DNA of 64,000 nucleotides from Thermoplasmata archaeon (GTDB lineage Archaea > Thermoplasmatota > Thermoplasmata > UBA10834): positions 68,794-132,793 of the forward strand of contig JACZKW010000047.1 of the NCBI GenBank assembly GCA_014859835.1, in the 5' to 3' direction. This document shows positions 20,077 to 29,100 of this stretch, piece after piece. The notes under the pieces are model-generated. The model ran no database searches and had not been told where the DNA came from. It worked only from the letters and a program-made list of their open reading frames with translations. The position numbers and the translations under genes were made by a program. Numbering within the stretch: the first letter of the stretch is position 1; each line of letters opens with the position of its first letter.

Positions 20077-20835
20077 TTGACCAAGAGGATAATCCCCTGT
20101 CTGGATGTCCGAAACGGATATGTTGTCAAAGGTGTCTGTTTCAAGAACCTCAAGGAGGTCGGCGACCCTCCCACACTCGCAGTCGAATATCAACTCCAGG
20201 GAGCCGATGAGATCGTGTTCCTAGACGTCAACGCCTCGGTATCCGGGACGAAGACACTTCATGATGCAGTGAGGAAGACCGCGGAGCAGCTGTTCGTTCC
20301 TCTGACCGTTGGGGGCGGGATACGGTCGTTCAGCGATGTCAGGAAGACTCTTGAAGTAGGCGCCGACAAGACATCAATCAACTCTGCGGCGGTCATCGAT
20401 CCTACGCTGATCAACAAATGCGCCAAGTCTTTTGGAAGCCAATGCATCGTGCTGGCATTGGATGCCAAGAGGGTGGACGACTCTTGGGAGGTCTACACGC
20501 ATTCGGGGACGAATGCCACCGGCCTTGACGCCATAGAGTGGGCGAAGGAGGCTTGCGAGCGCGGTGCCGGCGAGATATTGCTGACGAGCATGGATGCGGA
20601 CGGCACAAAGAAAGGTTACGACATCGAACTCACCAGAGCAGTTGTGAGGGCGGTCAATGTGCCCGTCATCGCATCCGGTGGTTGTGGCACGATCGAGCAC
20701 ATGGTCGAAGTACTGACTGCCGGAGAGGCAGATGCGGCCCTGGCAGCCTCCATATTCCACTTTGGCCAACACACTGTCGCGGAGGTCAAACACGCCTTGG
20801 AGTCGAAAGGCGTCCCAGTGAGGTGGGGCTCTTGA
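20077..20835 (+). CDS. hisF: Imidazole glycerol phosphate synthase cyclase subunit
   Basis: …[16 protein letters not shown]…, …[11 protein letters not shown]…, …VGGGIRS…, …ASGGCGT…. Confidence 0.9.
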   Translation: MTKRIIPCLDVRNGYVVKGVCFKNLKEVGDPPTLAVEYQLQGADEIVFLDVNASVSGTKTLHDAVRKTAEQLFVPLTVGGGIRSFSDVRKTLEVGADKTSINSAAVIDPTLINKCAKSFGSQCIVLALDAKRVDDSWEVYTHSGTNATGLDAIEWAKEACERGAGEILLTSMDADGTKKGYDIELTRAVVRAVNVPVIASGGCGTIEHMVEVLTAGEADAALAASIFHFGQHTVAEVKHALESKGVPVRWGS

Positions 20836-21416
20836 GCGAGGATAAGAAAGGAGAACTGATTCCGGTCGTTGTCCAGGATATATGCAATAACAATGTCCTG
20901 ATGTTGGCATACATGAACGACGAGGCGATGGAGCTCACTCGAAAGACTGGATTCATGCATTATTGGAGCAGATCCAGAAACGCGATCTGGAAGAAGGGAG
21001 AGACCTCTGGCAACGTCCAGAAGGTAATCGAGCTGCTGATGGATTGCGACAACGACGCCATGCTGGCCCGGGTGGAGCAGACGGGAGTCGCATGCCATAC
21101 CGGGACCTATTCGTGCTTCTGCAAGGAACCGCTGCCGCAGAACGATATCTTCTCCCAACTCTGGCAGGTGTTCGAGGAGCGAAAGACGACCGGCTGTGAG
21201 TCATCATACACCTGCAAGTTGCTTAAGAACAGGAATCTACTGCTGAAGAAGATCGGCGAGGAGAGTTCAGAGGTCATCATAGCAGCCAAGGACAAGCAGA
21301 AAGGGGAAGTCGTATACGAGGCCGCTGATCTCATCTATCATCTGATGGTTCTGCTCTATGACGAAGGTATCACTCTGGACGATATCAAGAAGGAACTCGG
21401 GGAGAGGAGAAAATGA
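20832..21416 (+). CDS. hisI: Bifunctional phosphoribosyl-AMP cyclohydrolase / phosphoribosyl-ATP pyrophosphatase; TTG start overlapping the hisF stop, track ORF begins at 20538 inside hisF
   Basis: …[23 protein letters not shown]… and …[15 protein letters not shown]…CHTGTYSCF… match HisI. The C-terminus (…YTCKLL…[11 protein letters not shown]…[13 protein letters not shown]…) matches HisE. Confidence 0.75.
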   Translation: MSEDKKGELIPVVVQDICNNNVLMLAYMNDEAMELTRKTGFMHYWSRSRNAIWKKGETSGNVQKVIELLMDCDNDAMLARVEQTGVACHTGTYSCFCKEPLPQNDIFSQLWQVFEERKTTGCESSYTCKLLKNRNLLLKKIGEESSEVIIAAKDKQKGEVVYEAADLIYHLMVLLYDEGITLDDIKKELGERRK

Positions 21417-22084
21417 ATAATGGGAAACGCTGTGATTTTCACACGCACACGATATTGAGCGATGGCGAACTCCTTCCTATGGAGTTGATCCGCCGGGCCG
21501 CGGCAACGGAACACAGGGCCATCGCATTGACAGATCATGCATCCTTCTCAAACATCGAGAGCACAATCGAGAGCGTTGCAAGGGATTGCGAGAAGGCGGA
21601 TGCCTGGGGTATCCAAGCCATACCTGGGGTCGAACTCACTCATGTGCCCGTCAGATATCTCGACGATGCCATCCGTCGTTCGCGCAAGGCAGGCGCGGAG
21701 ATAATCGTCGTTCACGGGGAGACGCCCGTCGAACCAGTGGAACCGGGGACGAACCATGTGGCCGTACTCAACCCAGAGGTGGACATACTCGCCCATCCTG
21801 GGATGATCTCCCTCGACGACATAGAGCTGGCCGCCAAGAACGGAATATTCGTCGAAGTGACATGTAGGCGGGGGCACTCTCTCACCAACGGTCATGTTGT
21901 CGCTTTGGCGAGAACAGCCAAAGCCAAGCTCTTGGTCAATACCGATACCCACTCTCCAAGTGATCTCAGTTCGATGGAATTCGCCAGGACGGTTGCGCTG
22001 GGGGCGGGATTGGGGTCAGATGAGGCGATACGCGCCCTCGTTACCAACCCTGAGGATCTGCTTCGAAAGCTGGGTCGGCTTTGA
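21413..22084 (+). CDS. PHP-domain phosphoesterase, probable histidinol-phosphatase (HisJ/HisK-type) completing the his operon
   Basis: [11 protein letters not shown] metal-binding motif at the N-terminus and …LTDHASF…. It overlaps the hisIE stop and is on the same strand. Confidence 0.55.
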   Translation: MNNGKRCDFHTHTILSDGELLPMELIRRAAATEHRAIALTDHASFSNIESTIESVARDCEKADAWGIQAIPGVELTHVPVRYLDDAIRRSRKAGAEIIVVHGETPVEPVEPGTNHVAVLNPEVDILAHPGMISLDDIELAAKNGIFVEVTCRRGHSLTNGHVVALARTAKAKLLVNTDTHSPSDLSSMEFARTVALGAGLGSDEAIRALVTNPEDLLRKLGRL

Positions 22085-22167
22085 TCATTACGCTATTCGT
22101 ATTAATTTGAGCAGTCGTTCTTAATAAAGCCCATATAGACAATCGGCGATTCAGTATCGGTAGTCGC

Positions 22168-22563
22168 ATGACAATAATCAGCATGTCTGTGGATGATGGC
22201 CTCATCGAGAAATTCGACCAGATATCTGGAGTCAAAGGGTTCAGGTCCCGTTCGGACGCCATGCGAGAGGCGATGCGCTCGTTCGTGGATGAAGCTGAGT
22301 GGGACAATCAAACGGGGGAGAACCAGATAGTCATTACCCTAGTCTATGACGAGATGGGTCCGAGGGGTGAACTCTCAGTACTTCAGCATAGGTTCGAAGA
22401 GATACAGATGATGCTTCACTTGCATCTCGAGAAGGGCCAATGCATGGAGGTCTTCATCGCTCGCGGACAGAATGCAGCCCTGAGGGAAATCCTTCGTAGG
22501 ATTCGCAGTATCAAAGGTGTCAGATCGATACGGTTCATCTCGACATCGAGTGGGACCGAGTGA
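22168..22563 (+). CDS. nikR: NikR-like nickel-responsive transcriptional regulator (RHH + ACT-like metal-binding domain)
   Basis: N-terminal ribbon-helix-helix (IISMSVDDGLIEKFDQI…RSDAMREAMRSF). The C-domain carries H-x-H-x5-C (MMLHLHLEKGQCMEV) plus a His about 10 residues upstream, the same spacing as the NikR high-affinity Ni site. Confidence 0.7.
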   Translation: MTIISMSVDDGLIEKFDQISGVKGFRSRSDAMREAMRSFVDEAEWDNQTGENQIVITLVYDEMGPRGELSVLQHRFEEIQMMLHLHLEKGQCMEVFIARGQNAALREILRRIRSIKGVRSIRFISTSSGTE

Positions 22564-22643
22564 TGCCACCTGTCTCATAGACGAACCCAGCTCACGCTAG
22601 CGCTACGCAACATGTCTGTCTGGCATATCAACGCGATACTGCC

Positions 22644-23849
22644 TTAGGCGGCCACCCAGCCACAGGTCATCTCGTTGTACAGGATGAGGAAATTCCCCCA
22701 ACCACTGTCCTGTGCGAATGCGAGCGTACTGTAGAGTTCGTACTGAGTTCTCCATGCATCATTGTGTGAACCCCACCAAACGGATATTCCGCCTGCCGCT
22801 GCAGACCGATCTGGATTGTAGACATCTATGACCGCGAGCTCCATCGCGTCCACCATCGTTTGCAGGGCAACCATCATGGTGGCATCAGCAGATAGTACGG
22901 GATCCGCCATTAGGTGTCTTCCGAGATCAATCAGATCGACCTGATAATGCGATCCACACGATACATAGTAGCTGTCTCTGACAGCGGCTCTGTAATTGCT
23001 CGCATAATCCGCCAGTCCTTCGGTCATCGCGTCGGTCCATGCGGACATCGCGATGATTGATTGTGATACGACCTTCAAGTCCACGATGCCGAGTGTGCAG
23101 TACCATGCCCAGCTGATCGGCTCGTATGATTCCTTCCAGCCTGCCAACATATCCGTCGCTACCTGCTGCGGCGTCCTGATGGAATCCAAAGCGACCGGTG
23201 TGAACATCAGATCATATGGGAAACCATCTCCAGCAACCAGGTCTTCCGATGCGACCAAGAGTTCCACGAGACCAGTCCTCGCAGCCTGATATGCCAGCTC
23301 CATGCTGGAGCAAGCACAGGCGTCGAAGGCAAGGATGTCGATATATACACCCGCTTCAATGATTGCATTCTCCATCTCTTCAAGGGATATCTTGTCACCG
23401 CCAGATGTCTGATCTGTGCAGAACCCTTTCCACGCGCTGCCATGATCCCACGGTATCACAACAAGATGGTCAGATTGATAGTGTTCATCGACCTCGGACA
23501 GGAACCAGCCGAAGGTTTCGCCGTCACCGAAATTCATCTCCGGGTAGGTTTCGACCACCTGCCACAAATCGCCCGATATCTCTATTCTCTCGGTCCCTTC
23601 GGTGCTCAATCTGTCGACCATCGCGACTATCTTCAGCCCATCGCTCGCTGGAATTTGGAGCAGATACTCGAGGCTGGGGCTGTCCCAATACATCTCGAGG
23701 TTGTTATCCGCATCAACGTAAATCGCAAGGGTCCATGTCCCTTCAGACAATACTGGTTTTTCCTGCTGTTTCGCGACTGTGATTCCAGGGACCATCAAGG
23801 TGCCTGCAAGCACAATGCTAACCAGAAGACTAAAGCTGCGCATTCTCAT
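22644..23849 (-). CDS. Secreted clostripain-like cysteine peptidase (family C11)
   Basis: N-terminal signal peptide/TM (MRMRSFSLLVSIVLAGTLMV). The catalytic dyad context (…VVIPWDHGSAW… and …ILAFDACACSS…) is typical of C11. Confidence 0.6.
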   Translation of the reverse strand: MRMRSFSLLVSIVLAGTLMVPGITVAKQQEKPVLSEGTWTLAIYVDADNNLEMYWDSPSLEYLLQIPASDGLKIVAMVDRLSTEGTERIEISGDLWQVVETYPEMNFGDGETFGWFLSEVDEHYQSDHLVVIPWDHGSAWKGFCTDQTSGGDKISLEEMENAIIEAGVYIDILAFDACACSSMELAYQAARTGLVELLVASEDLVAGDGFPYDLMFTPVALDSIRTPQQVATDMLAGWKESYEPISWAWYCTLGIVDLKVVSQSIIAMSAWTDAMTEGLADYASNYRAAVRDSYYVSCGSHYQVDLIDLGRHLMADPVLSADATMMVALQTMVDAMELAVIDVYNPDRSAAAGGISVWWGSHNDAWRTQYELYSTLAFAQDSGWGNFLILYNEMTCGWVAA

Positions 23850-24000
23850 CTCTTTCCCCCTATTGAAGCCTCTAAATCCCCCAATCAGGCTTCAGCCAGG
23901 AATGTGGGTGGCAGTACAAAATAGCTTCTCAGGACACGGCGCATGTCTCATTTGATCGGCGGAATGAGTGATTACCTGGGATTCACTATATATGAAAGAA

Positions 24001-24007
24001 CGAAAAA
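24001..24007 (-). terminator. Oligo-T (TTTTTCG on the minus strand) directly after the tRNA-Glu 3' end
   Basis: The plus-strand sequence cgaaaaa immediately abuts the encoded CCA. Confidence 0.35.
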
Positions 24008-24110
24008 TGGCGCTCCCGCCGGGATTTGAACCCGGGTATCGAACTATCGCCGGCCATCCTTGCGGATGACCACGAGAGGCTCGAATGATTGGCCACTACA
24101 CTACAGGAGC
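24008..24110 (-). tRNA. tRNA-Glu(CUC), intron-containing (about 27-nt intron at 37/38, window 24046-24072), genomically encoded CCA
   Basis: Reverse complement reads GCTCCTG-TA-GTGTAGTGGCCAATCAT-T-CGAGC-CTCTCG[TGGTCATCCGCAAGGATGGCCGGCGAT]A-GTTCG-ATAC-CCGGG-TTCAAAT-CCCGG-CGGGAGC-G-CCA. There is a 7-bp acceptor stem (one GU pair), a T-arm GGTTCAAATCC, and the anticodon loop CUCUCGA after intron removal. The intron can form a hairpin (CATCC GCAA GGATG). Confidence 0.75.
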
Positions 24111-24136
24111 TCAGTAGGTCCAAGCAAACCTAAAGT

Positions 24137-24146
24137 CTTACATAAA
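24137..24146 (-). promoter_or_regulatory. TATA-like element (minus strand TTTATGTAAG) about 27-36 nt upstream of the tRNA-Glu 5' end
   Basis: AT-rich box at the expected distance for an archaeal TATA/BRE. Confidence 0.25.
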
Positions 24147-24383
24147 CGTTTGGGACCCTCTATTCAGGCCTTCAAAACTCACTGGCTAGCAAGATTCCAT
24201 CGTCTATCCCCACAACCCCCTTCACTATCTGTTTGCTTATCGAATCCTATCGATAGTATGGGTGTGATGAATGCATCATGCTCGAAATTCTCCAATGCAG
24301 GAATTCGCAGGCTGGATAGATTGGAGACAAAGATGGCCATTCCGAAGCGGCACATCCGATTCATATAGGACGGTAGCGCTAAG

Positions 24384-25202
24384 TCAGATGTCCTCATCGC
24401 CCTCTCGCCAGTCTAGGCCAGGAGTCCTAATGCCCACCTTCACGACGGGCGGTAACTTCCGTTTGTGGGATGAGAGCCTGATTGTCCTTTCTATGCGGAG
24501 CACCTCTTTCACAGTGGTCTCGGCGTTCTCGGCTATAGTCTTATCACTCTGCCCCAATTCGATTCCGTGGAGTATCGAGTCGAGCCGTTCATAGGTAATT
24601 CCCATCTCTTTCTCATCTGTTTGTCCTTTCCATAGACCCGCAGAGGGCGCCTTCTTTCTGACCCCTTCTGGCACGCCCAGTTTCTCGGCGAGCTGACGCA
24701 CCTCGGTCTTGTACAGGTCTCCGATGGGTTCGAGGTCCGCACCACCATCCCCGAACTTGGTGAAGTATCCGACAAGCAGCTCGCTTTTGTTGCTGGTCCC
24801 TAGGACCAGCCTTGATTCTGCTCTCGCATAATGGTACAGGATGGTCATCCTGCACCTCGCCTTGACATTGGCGAGGGCCTTCTTATCTGCCTTCTCTAGC
24901 ACAGATGCGTATTCATCGACGATCTTCGTGATATCGATGGTCCTGTGCTTCACACCCTCAGCTTTGCACAGATCCTCGGCATCTCTGACATCGTCCTTGG
25001 AGGAATCACGCTCCGGCATCAGAATCCCAAGAACCTTCTCTTTTCCAACCGCTCTCACGGCGAGTTTGAGAACGACTGCTGAATCAATGCCTCCACTGAC
25101 TCCTACTGCGAAGCCTTTTGCTCCTATCTTCCTTAGCTTTTCTGCCAGGAACCGTTCGATGATCCTCTCAGTTCCTTCCTTGAGCTGTGGGGTCTTCATC
25201 AC
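24384..25202 (-). CDS. nadE: NH3-dependent NAD+ synthetase
   Basis: PP-loop SGGIDS (…GFAVGVSGGIDSAVV…), …GTSNKSELLVGYFTKFGDGGADLEPIGDLYKTEV…. Confidence 0.85.
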   Translation of the reverse strand: MMKTPQLKEGTERIIERFLAEKLRKIGAKGFAVGVSGGIDSAVVLKLAVRAVGKEKVLGILMPERDSSKDDVRDAEDLCKAEGVKHRTIDITKIVDEYASVLEKADKKALANVKARCRMTILYHYARAESRLVLGTSNKSELLVGYFTKFGDGGADLEPIGDLYKTEVRQLAEKLGVPEGVRKKAPSAGLWKGQTDEKEMGITYERLDSILHGIELGQSDKTIAENAETTVKEVLRIERTIRLSSHKRKLPPVVKVGIRTPGLDWREGDEDI

Positions 25203-25275
25203 CGCTCTGATGGCATGGTTCGGATATAGCCGTTATGGTTCGGAAATGACGATTGTCAGCCGTAAAATCTAATCT

Positions 25276-26130
25276 ATGGGTATCTCGATGCCGAACAGTA
25301 TGACTCGCACAACCGTGACTCTCGCTCAGATCACATGTCAACTGCACGACAAATCGGCTAACCTCAAGCGTATGAGTTCCGTCGTTCGGAGGACGAAGGG
25401 GCGAGTCGTCATATTTCCTGAGACTTCTCTGACTGGCTATCTTCCGAGGGACGATCTCTTCAAGCAAGCAGAGCCAATGGACGGTCCCAGCATAAGAGCG
25501 ATGGCTTCTCTCGCAAAGGAAACTAAGAAAGATATCGTCTTTGGAGCGCCCATAAGGGACGAGCGAATACATGGTTTGATTTACAACTCAAGCATCCTCG
25601 CGACTGGCCATGGCAAGCTGTTCAGATATGACAAGATGTACCTCCCGACATTCGGGCCATTCGAGGAACGAGTATTTTTCACTCCTGGCAATGACGCGGT
25701 CGTAGCACAGGGCATGCACGCAAGAATCGGTCTGATGGTATGCTATGACATGTTTTTCCCAGAACTCGCCAAGCTCGAATCGCTCATGGGCGCCCAGCTG
25801 CTCATAAACATATCCGCCGCCCCGACGACCTCTAGGCCGAGTTTCGAGAAGGTCATGCCTGCTCGAGCTGCTGAGAATAGCGTATTTCTGGCCTATACGA
25901 ACCTTGTTGGGGTACACGGTTCCCTAGTGTTCGGAGGCGGAAGTGTACTTTATGGTCCTCGGGGGGACGAGATCATCAAGGCCAAGGAACTCGAGGAGGA
26001 TATCGTCACGCATGAGATTGACTTCGAGGATCTGGACGCTGCTCGCAGATTCAGACCACTTCTCAGGGACAGTCGGCCGGAGCTATTCGATCGAATAGGG
26101 ACGATACTCCGGGGAAACACGAAGGAATGA
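25276..26130 (+). CDS. Carbon-nitrogen hydrolase (nitrilase superfamily)
   Basis: …VVIFPETSLTGY…, …GLMVCYDMFFPE… (catalytic Cys context) and an upstream Lys region. It is divergent from nadE. Confidence 0.75.
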   Translation: MGISMPNSMTRTTVTLAQITCQLHDKSANLKRMSSVVRRTKGRVVIFPETSLTGYLPRDDLFKQAEPMDGPSIRAMASLAKETKKDIVFGAPIRDERIHGLIYNSSILATGHGKLFRYDKMYLPTFGPFEERVFFTPGNDAVVAQGMHARIGLMVCYDMFFPELAKLESLMGAQLLINISAAPTTSRPSFEKVMPARAAENSVFLAYTNLVGVHGSLVFGGGSVLYGPRGDEIIKAKELEEDIVTHEIDFEDLDAARRFRPLLRDSRPELFDRIGTILRGNTKE

Positions 26131-26196
26131 ATAGGGCTCTTATCCGTCGAATGTGCGTCGGCCCTTAATGGCTGCACCCGTTGATTGCGCATATTC

Positions 26197-26204
26197 TTAA
26201 ATAT
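26197..26204 (+). promoter_or_regulatory. TATA box (TTAAATAT) 25 nt upstream of the tRNA-Ser 5' end
   Basis: Canonical archaeal TATA-like octamer at about -26 relative to the tRNA start. Confidence 0.35.
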
Positions 26205-26228
26205 GGCCACCTTTTTGGTGGTTAGAAA

Positions 26229-26334
26229 GCTGAGGTGGCCCAGCCCGGTAAGGCGCGAGTCTGGAAACTCCGCTATAAGCGGCCGGTTAGCTCGTGGCGT
26301 TCGCGCCTCGGGAGTTCAAATCTCCCCCTCAGCG
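26229..26334 (+). tRNA. tRNA-Ser(GGA), intron-containing (about 22-nt intron at 37/38, window 26267-26288), no encoded CCA
   Basis: GCTGAGG-TG-GCC-CAGCCCGGTAA-GGC-G-CGAGT-CTGGAA[ACTCCGCTATAAGCGGCCGGTT]A-GCTCG-TGGCGTTCGCGCCTC(long variable arm)-GGGAG-TTCAAAT-CTCCC-CCTCAGC-G. It has the 3-bp D-stem, long variable arm and G73 typical of tRNA-Ser. Confidence 0.8.
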
Positions 26335-26340
26335 CTCATA

Positions 26341-26360
26341 TTCCTTTTGCCTTCCTTTTC
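26341..26360 (+). terminator. T-rich tract downstream of tRNA-Ser (TTCCTTTTGCCTTCCTTTTC)
   Basis: Oligo-T runs immediately 3' of the tRNA. Confidence 0.3.
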
Positions 26361-26479
26361 ATCTCTCCAGGTTTCATTGTATAGGCAACGTCTGCAGAAC
26401 GGCAGAAACTAAATACGCTCAATGACAATGAGTGAGTTCGCGACTGGTTCGCAATCTCGAGGTGGGTGGTACCTTGCAG

Positions 26480-27652
26480 ATGAAGATTCTACTCGTCGAT
26501 GACGACCCAGCTTATCTTGAAGTCTTGAAGTTCTTCCTTGAGCGAGATGGAGTCTTCGTTGCGGATGTGGCGACTTCTGCGAGGAAAGCTCTTGATATCC
26601 TTGCGAAGAGCAGAGAGCACGAAGCAGTCGTATCCGATTTCATGATGCCTGATATTGATGGCCTCGAATTCCTTAAGATACTCCGGGCTCAGGGGATCAT
26701 GATCCCTTTCATCATGTTGACTGGCCGTGGCAGGGAAGATGTCGCTATCCATGCATTGAACGGCGGAGCGGATTTTTACATCGCTAAGGGTGGCGACCCA
26801 AAGACACAATATCCCGAGCTATCGAATATGCTGACCAAGAGCATCAAACAGAAGCGTTCCGAGCGCGAAGTATTTGAGAGCGAGAGATTCCTGTCGAGCA
26901 TATTCGACAGCATTCAGGATGGAATAAGCGTGCTCGATGCCAATTACAACATCATTCGGGTGAACGGGGCCATGGAACGATGGTACCCTCACTCTCTGCC
27001 TTTGGTGGGCAAGAAGTGCTACGAGGCGTACCACGGACGATCCATCCCCTGCGAGATTTGTCCAACCAATCATACACTGGCTCATGGAGTCGCCCACAGG
27101 GAAGTTGTGCCAAAGACAGACAAATCCGGGGCAACAGTTGGATGGTTCGAACTCTACAGTTTCCCCATGAGCAATAGGGATACGGGCGAGGTTGAACGGG
27201 TTATCGAATATGTGCGGGACATCAGCGATAACGAGCGCGCTCGCGTGGCATTACTAGAGAGCGAAGAGAGGTACCGTCAGTTGGTCGAACTCGCGAACAT
27301 CGGCATCATGATGGTGGATGGAAGCGGCGAGATTACCTTCGCGAACCCGCGAATCGCCCACATGCTAGGGCGTCCAGGGGAGAAGCTCGATGGGCTGTCG
27401 TTGTACTCCTTCCTGGATTCACCCTGGTCAGAAATGGTCAGAGCCGATCTTCAAAGGCGACGGTCTTCCGGAGAGCAACAGGAATCCGAGTTCCTGAGAT
27501 CCGATGGCTCACGGCTGCAGGTTCTGTTGGGTGCATCCTCGATCATTGATTCCGGAGGCAAGCATCTCGGCGCATTGATTGTCGCTTCTGAGTTGACTGA
27601 AACCAAGAAGATGATGGAATCGCTCGTGAAATCCTCAGCATCACTGGAATAA
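26480..27652 (+). CDS. Response regulator with N-terminal receiver and two PAS domains (no obvious output enzyme or DNA-binding domain); track ORF begins at 26432
   Basis: MKILLVDDDPAYLEVL…SDFMMPDIDGLEF…LTGRG…AKG… is the receiver. Two PAS-like segments follow (…SIFDSIQDGISVLDANYNIIRVNGAMERWY… and …LVELANIGIMMVDGSGEITFANPRIAHMLG…). Confidence 0.7.
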   Translation: MKILLVDDDPAYLEVLKFFLERDGVFVADVATSARKALDILAKSREHEAVVSDFMMPDIDGLEFLKILRAQGIMIPFIMLTGRGREDVAIHALNGGADFYIAKGGDPKTQYPELSNMLTKSIKQKRSEREVFESERFLSSIFDSIQDGISVLDANYNIIRVNGAMERWYPHSLPLVGKKCYEAYHGRSIPCEICPTNHTLAHGVAHREVVPKTDKSGATVGWFELYSFPMSNRDTGEVERVIEYVRDISDNERARVALLESEERYRQLVELANIGIMMVDGSGEITFANPRIAHMLGRPGEKLDGLSLYSFLDSPWSEMVRADLQRRRSSGEQQESEFLRSDGSRLQVLLGASSIIDSGGKHLGALIVASELTETKKMMESLVKSSASLE

Positions 27653-27799
27653 ATATAAATGAGACTGGAAAGCACGGCGAGGGTGCGAGATTCGAGATCC
27701 ACGTGCCAAAGGGTGCATATAGGTTAGAGACCCGTGAGGTTCGTTGATGCCATGTGAAGCAGCACACCCGTTGGCGCATCATGCAGAGTGTAGATAACC

Positions 27800-28471
27800 G
27801 TGAACGATGATGGACAGAATGACGGAGTGAAGACACTCCTGGAGAATTCACGGCGGATCATAGAAGCCGAGATTTCTTGGATATCGTGTCTGCTCTTGTT
27901 CTTTGCGACCGTCTATTCCGTAGTAAGACTGGACCTCCTCTGGGCGGCATTCGGGATATTCGCTCTTTCATTGTACGTACTCCCGATAATCATGACGAGG
28001 GATCCTTTCAGGGCAGTCCCGTGGGAGATGACCCTGCTTCTATCCATACCGATGCTGTTGCACATATCCGATGGTTCAGAGATCTTCAGCGAAAACATCG
28101 CATGGTGGGATGATATGACCTCACTCGCCATGGCGTTCTCGCTCTCCACGCTCGGCCTCCTGTTGACAATAGAATTGGAGATGTTCACCGAGGTCAGGAT
28201 GAACAGACCATTATCGATTTTTTTCGTCTTCATGTTCACCCTAGCCATATCTGGCTTCTGGTATCTAGGGGAATTCATCGGTGATTCGTTGTTCGGGACA
28301 GACAACCTGACCACCAATGATGCTGTCATGGATGGGCTGCTCTGGACGATGATCGGCGGTGTTCTGATGGGTATCGTCTATGGCGCTTACACGAAAACGA
28401 TGTCGAAGGAGAGGCGCCAAGCTCTTGGCATGATCCATCTATGGGAGGTGAGGCTCTGGAGGAAAGATTGA
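27800..28471 (+). CDS. Multi-pass membrane protein, uncharacterised (paralog A)
   Basis: About 5-6 hydrophobic helices. Shares motifs with the next gene (…WWDDMTSLAMAFSLSTLGLL…, …FWYLGEFIGDSLFG…, …GIVYGAYTKT…). Confidence 0.5.
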   Translation: MNDDGQNDGVKTLLENSRRIIEAEISWISCLLLFFATVYSVVRLDLLWAAFGIFALSLYVLPIIMTRDPFRAVPWEMTLLLSIPMLLHISDGSEIFSENIAWWDDMTSLAMAFSLSTLGLLLTIELEMFTEVRMNRPLSIFFVFMFTLAISGFWYLGEFIGDSLFGTDNLTTNDAVMDGLLWTMIGGVLMGIVYGAYTKTMSKERRQALGMIHLWEVRLWRKD

Positions 28472-29100
28472 AATTCTTATCCAGAATCATGCAGACGGGC
28501 ATGGTTGCCATTGCCTTGGTAGGTATTATAACTGCTAACTATACCTGGGTTCCTGCGGCACTCATCTCCCTCGCGATCAGCACAATCCCCGCGATCCTGC
28601 GAAAGGATTTGCGGCTAGTCCTACCATTAGAGCTGAACTTCTGGATAGTAATAGCTCTGTTCCTGCACGTTGCCGGAGGATTCTCAGGCTTCTACGATTC
28701 CGTTCCTGGTTGGGATCACCTGACTCATGCTATGTCCTCTTCCCTGATAGCTGCGTTGGCTTTCGTGGTTGTCGTCGCGTTGGATAAATACAGTGATCGC
28801 ATCTTCTTGCCCAGGCCATTCTTAGCCATGTTCATCTCGATGTTCACCATGGCAATCGGCGTCGTATGGGAACTCATGGAATATGCAAATGATAAGCTGT
28901 CGGGGAGCCACCTCCAATACTCACTTTCGGATACTATGGTGGATTTGTTCTTCGATGCCTTGGCAGGGCTGATAGTCGCAATCGTCGGTGCATATTACCT
29001 GACATATACGAGTAAAGAGCATTTTATCGATGCCATGCAGATAGACCAGGCCAAGGAGAAGATGGACCAGATCCTAGGTAGTGTGCGCCAGAGAAAATGA
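28441..29100 (+). CDS. Multi-pass membrane protein, uncharacterised (paralog B); alternative ATG at 28489 removes the overlap with paralog A
   Basis: Motifs collinear with paralog A (…GWDHLTHAMSSSLIAALAFVV…, …VVWELMEYANDKLSG…, …AIVGAYYLTYT…). Confidence 0.5.
   Translation: MGGEALEERLKFLSRIMQTGMVAIALVGIITANYTWVPAALISLAISTIPAILRKDLRLVLPLELNFWIVIALFLHVAGGFSGFYDSVPGWDHLTHAMSSSLIAALAFVVVVALDKYSDRIFLPRPFLAMFISMFTMAIGVVWELMEYANDKLSGSHLQYSLSDTMVDLFFDALAGLIVAIVGAYYLTYTSKEHFIDAMQIDQAKEKMDQILGSVRQRK

Noticed and set aside
20538-20831. Upstream extension of the hisIE track ORF
   Set aside because: It overlaps the hisF 3' end. HisI-like sequence begins at the TTG/LSEDKK around 20832.
21413-22084. Possibility that the PHP-domain ORF is RNase P protein Rpp30
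   Set aside because: Rpp30 lacks the HxH metal motif. This ORF has DFHTHT and sits at the end of the his operon, so histidinol-phosphatase is the more parsimonious call. This is not proven.
24060-24368. 102-aa plus-strand ORF
   Set aside because: It overlaps the minus-strand tRNA-Glu gene and its promoter, so it is almost certainly spurious.
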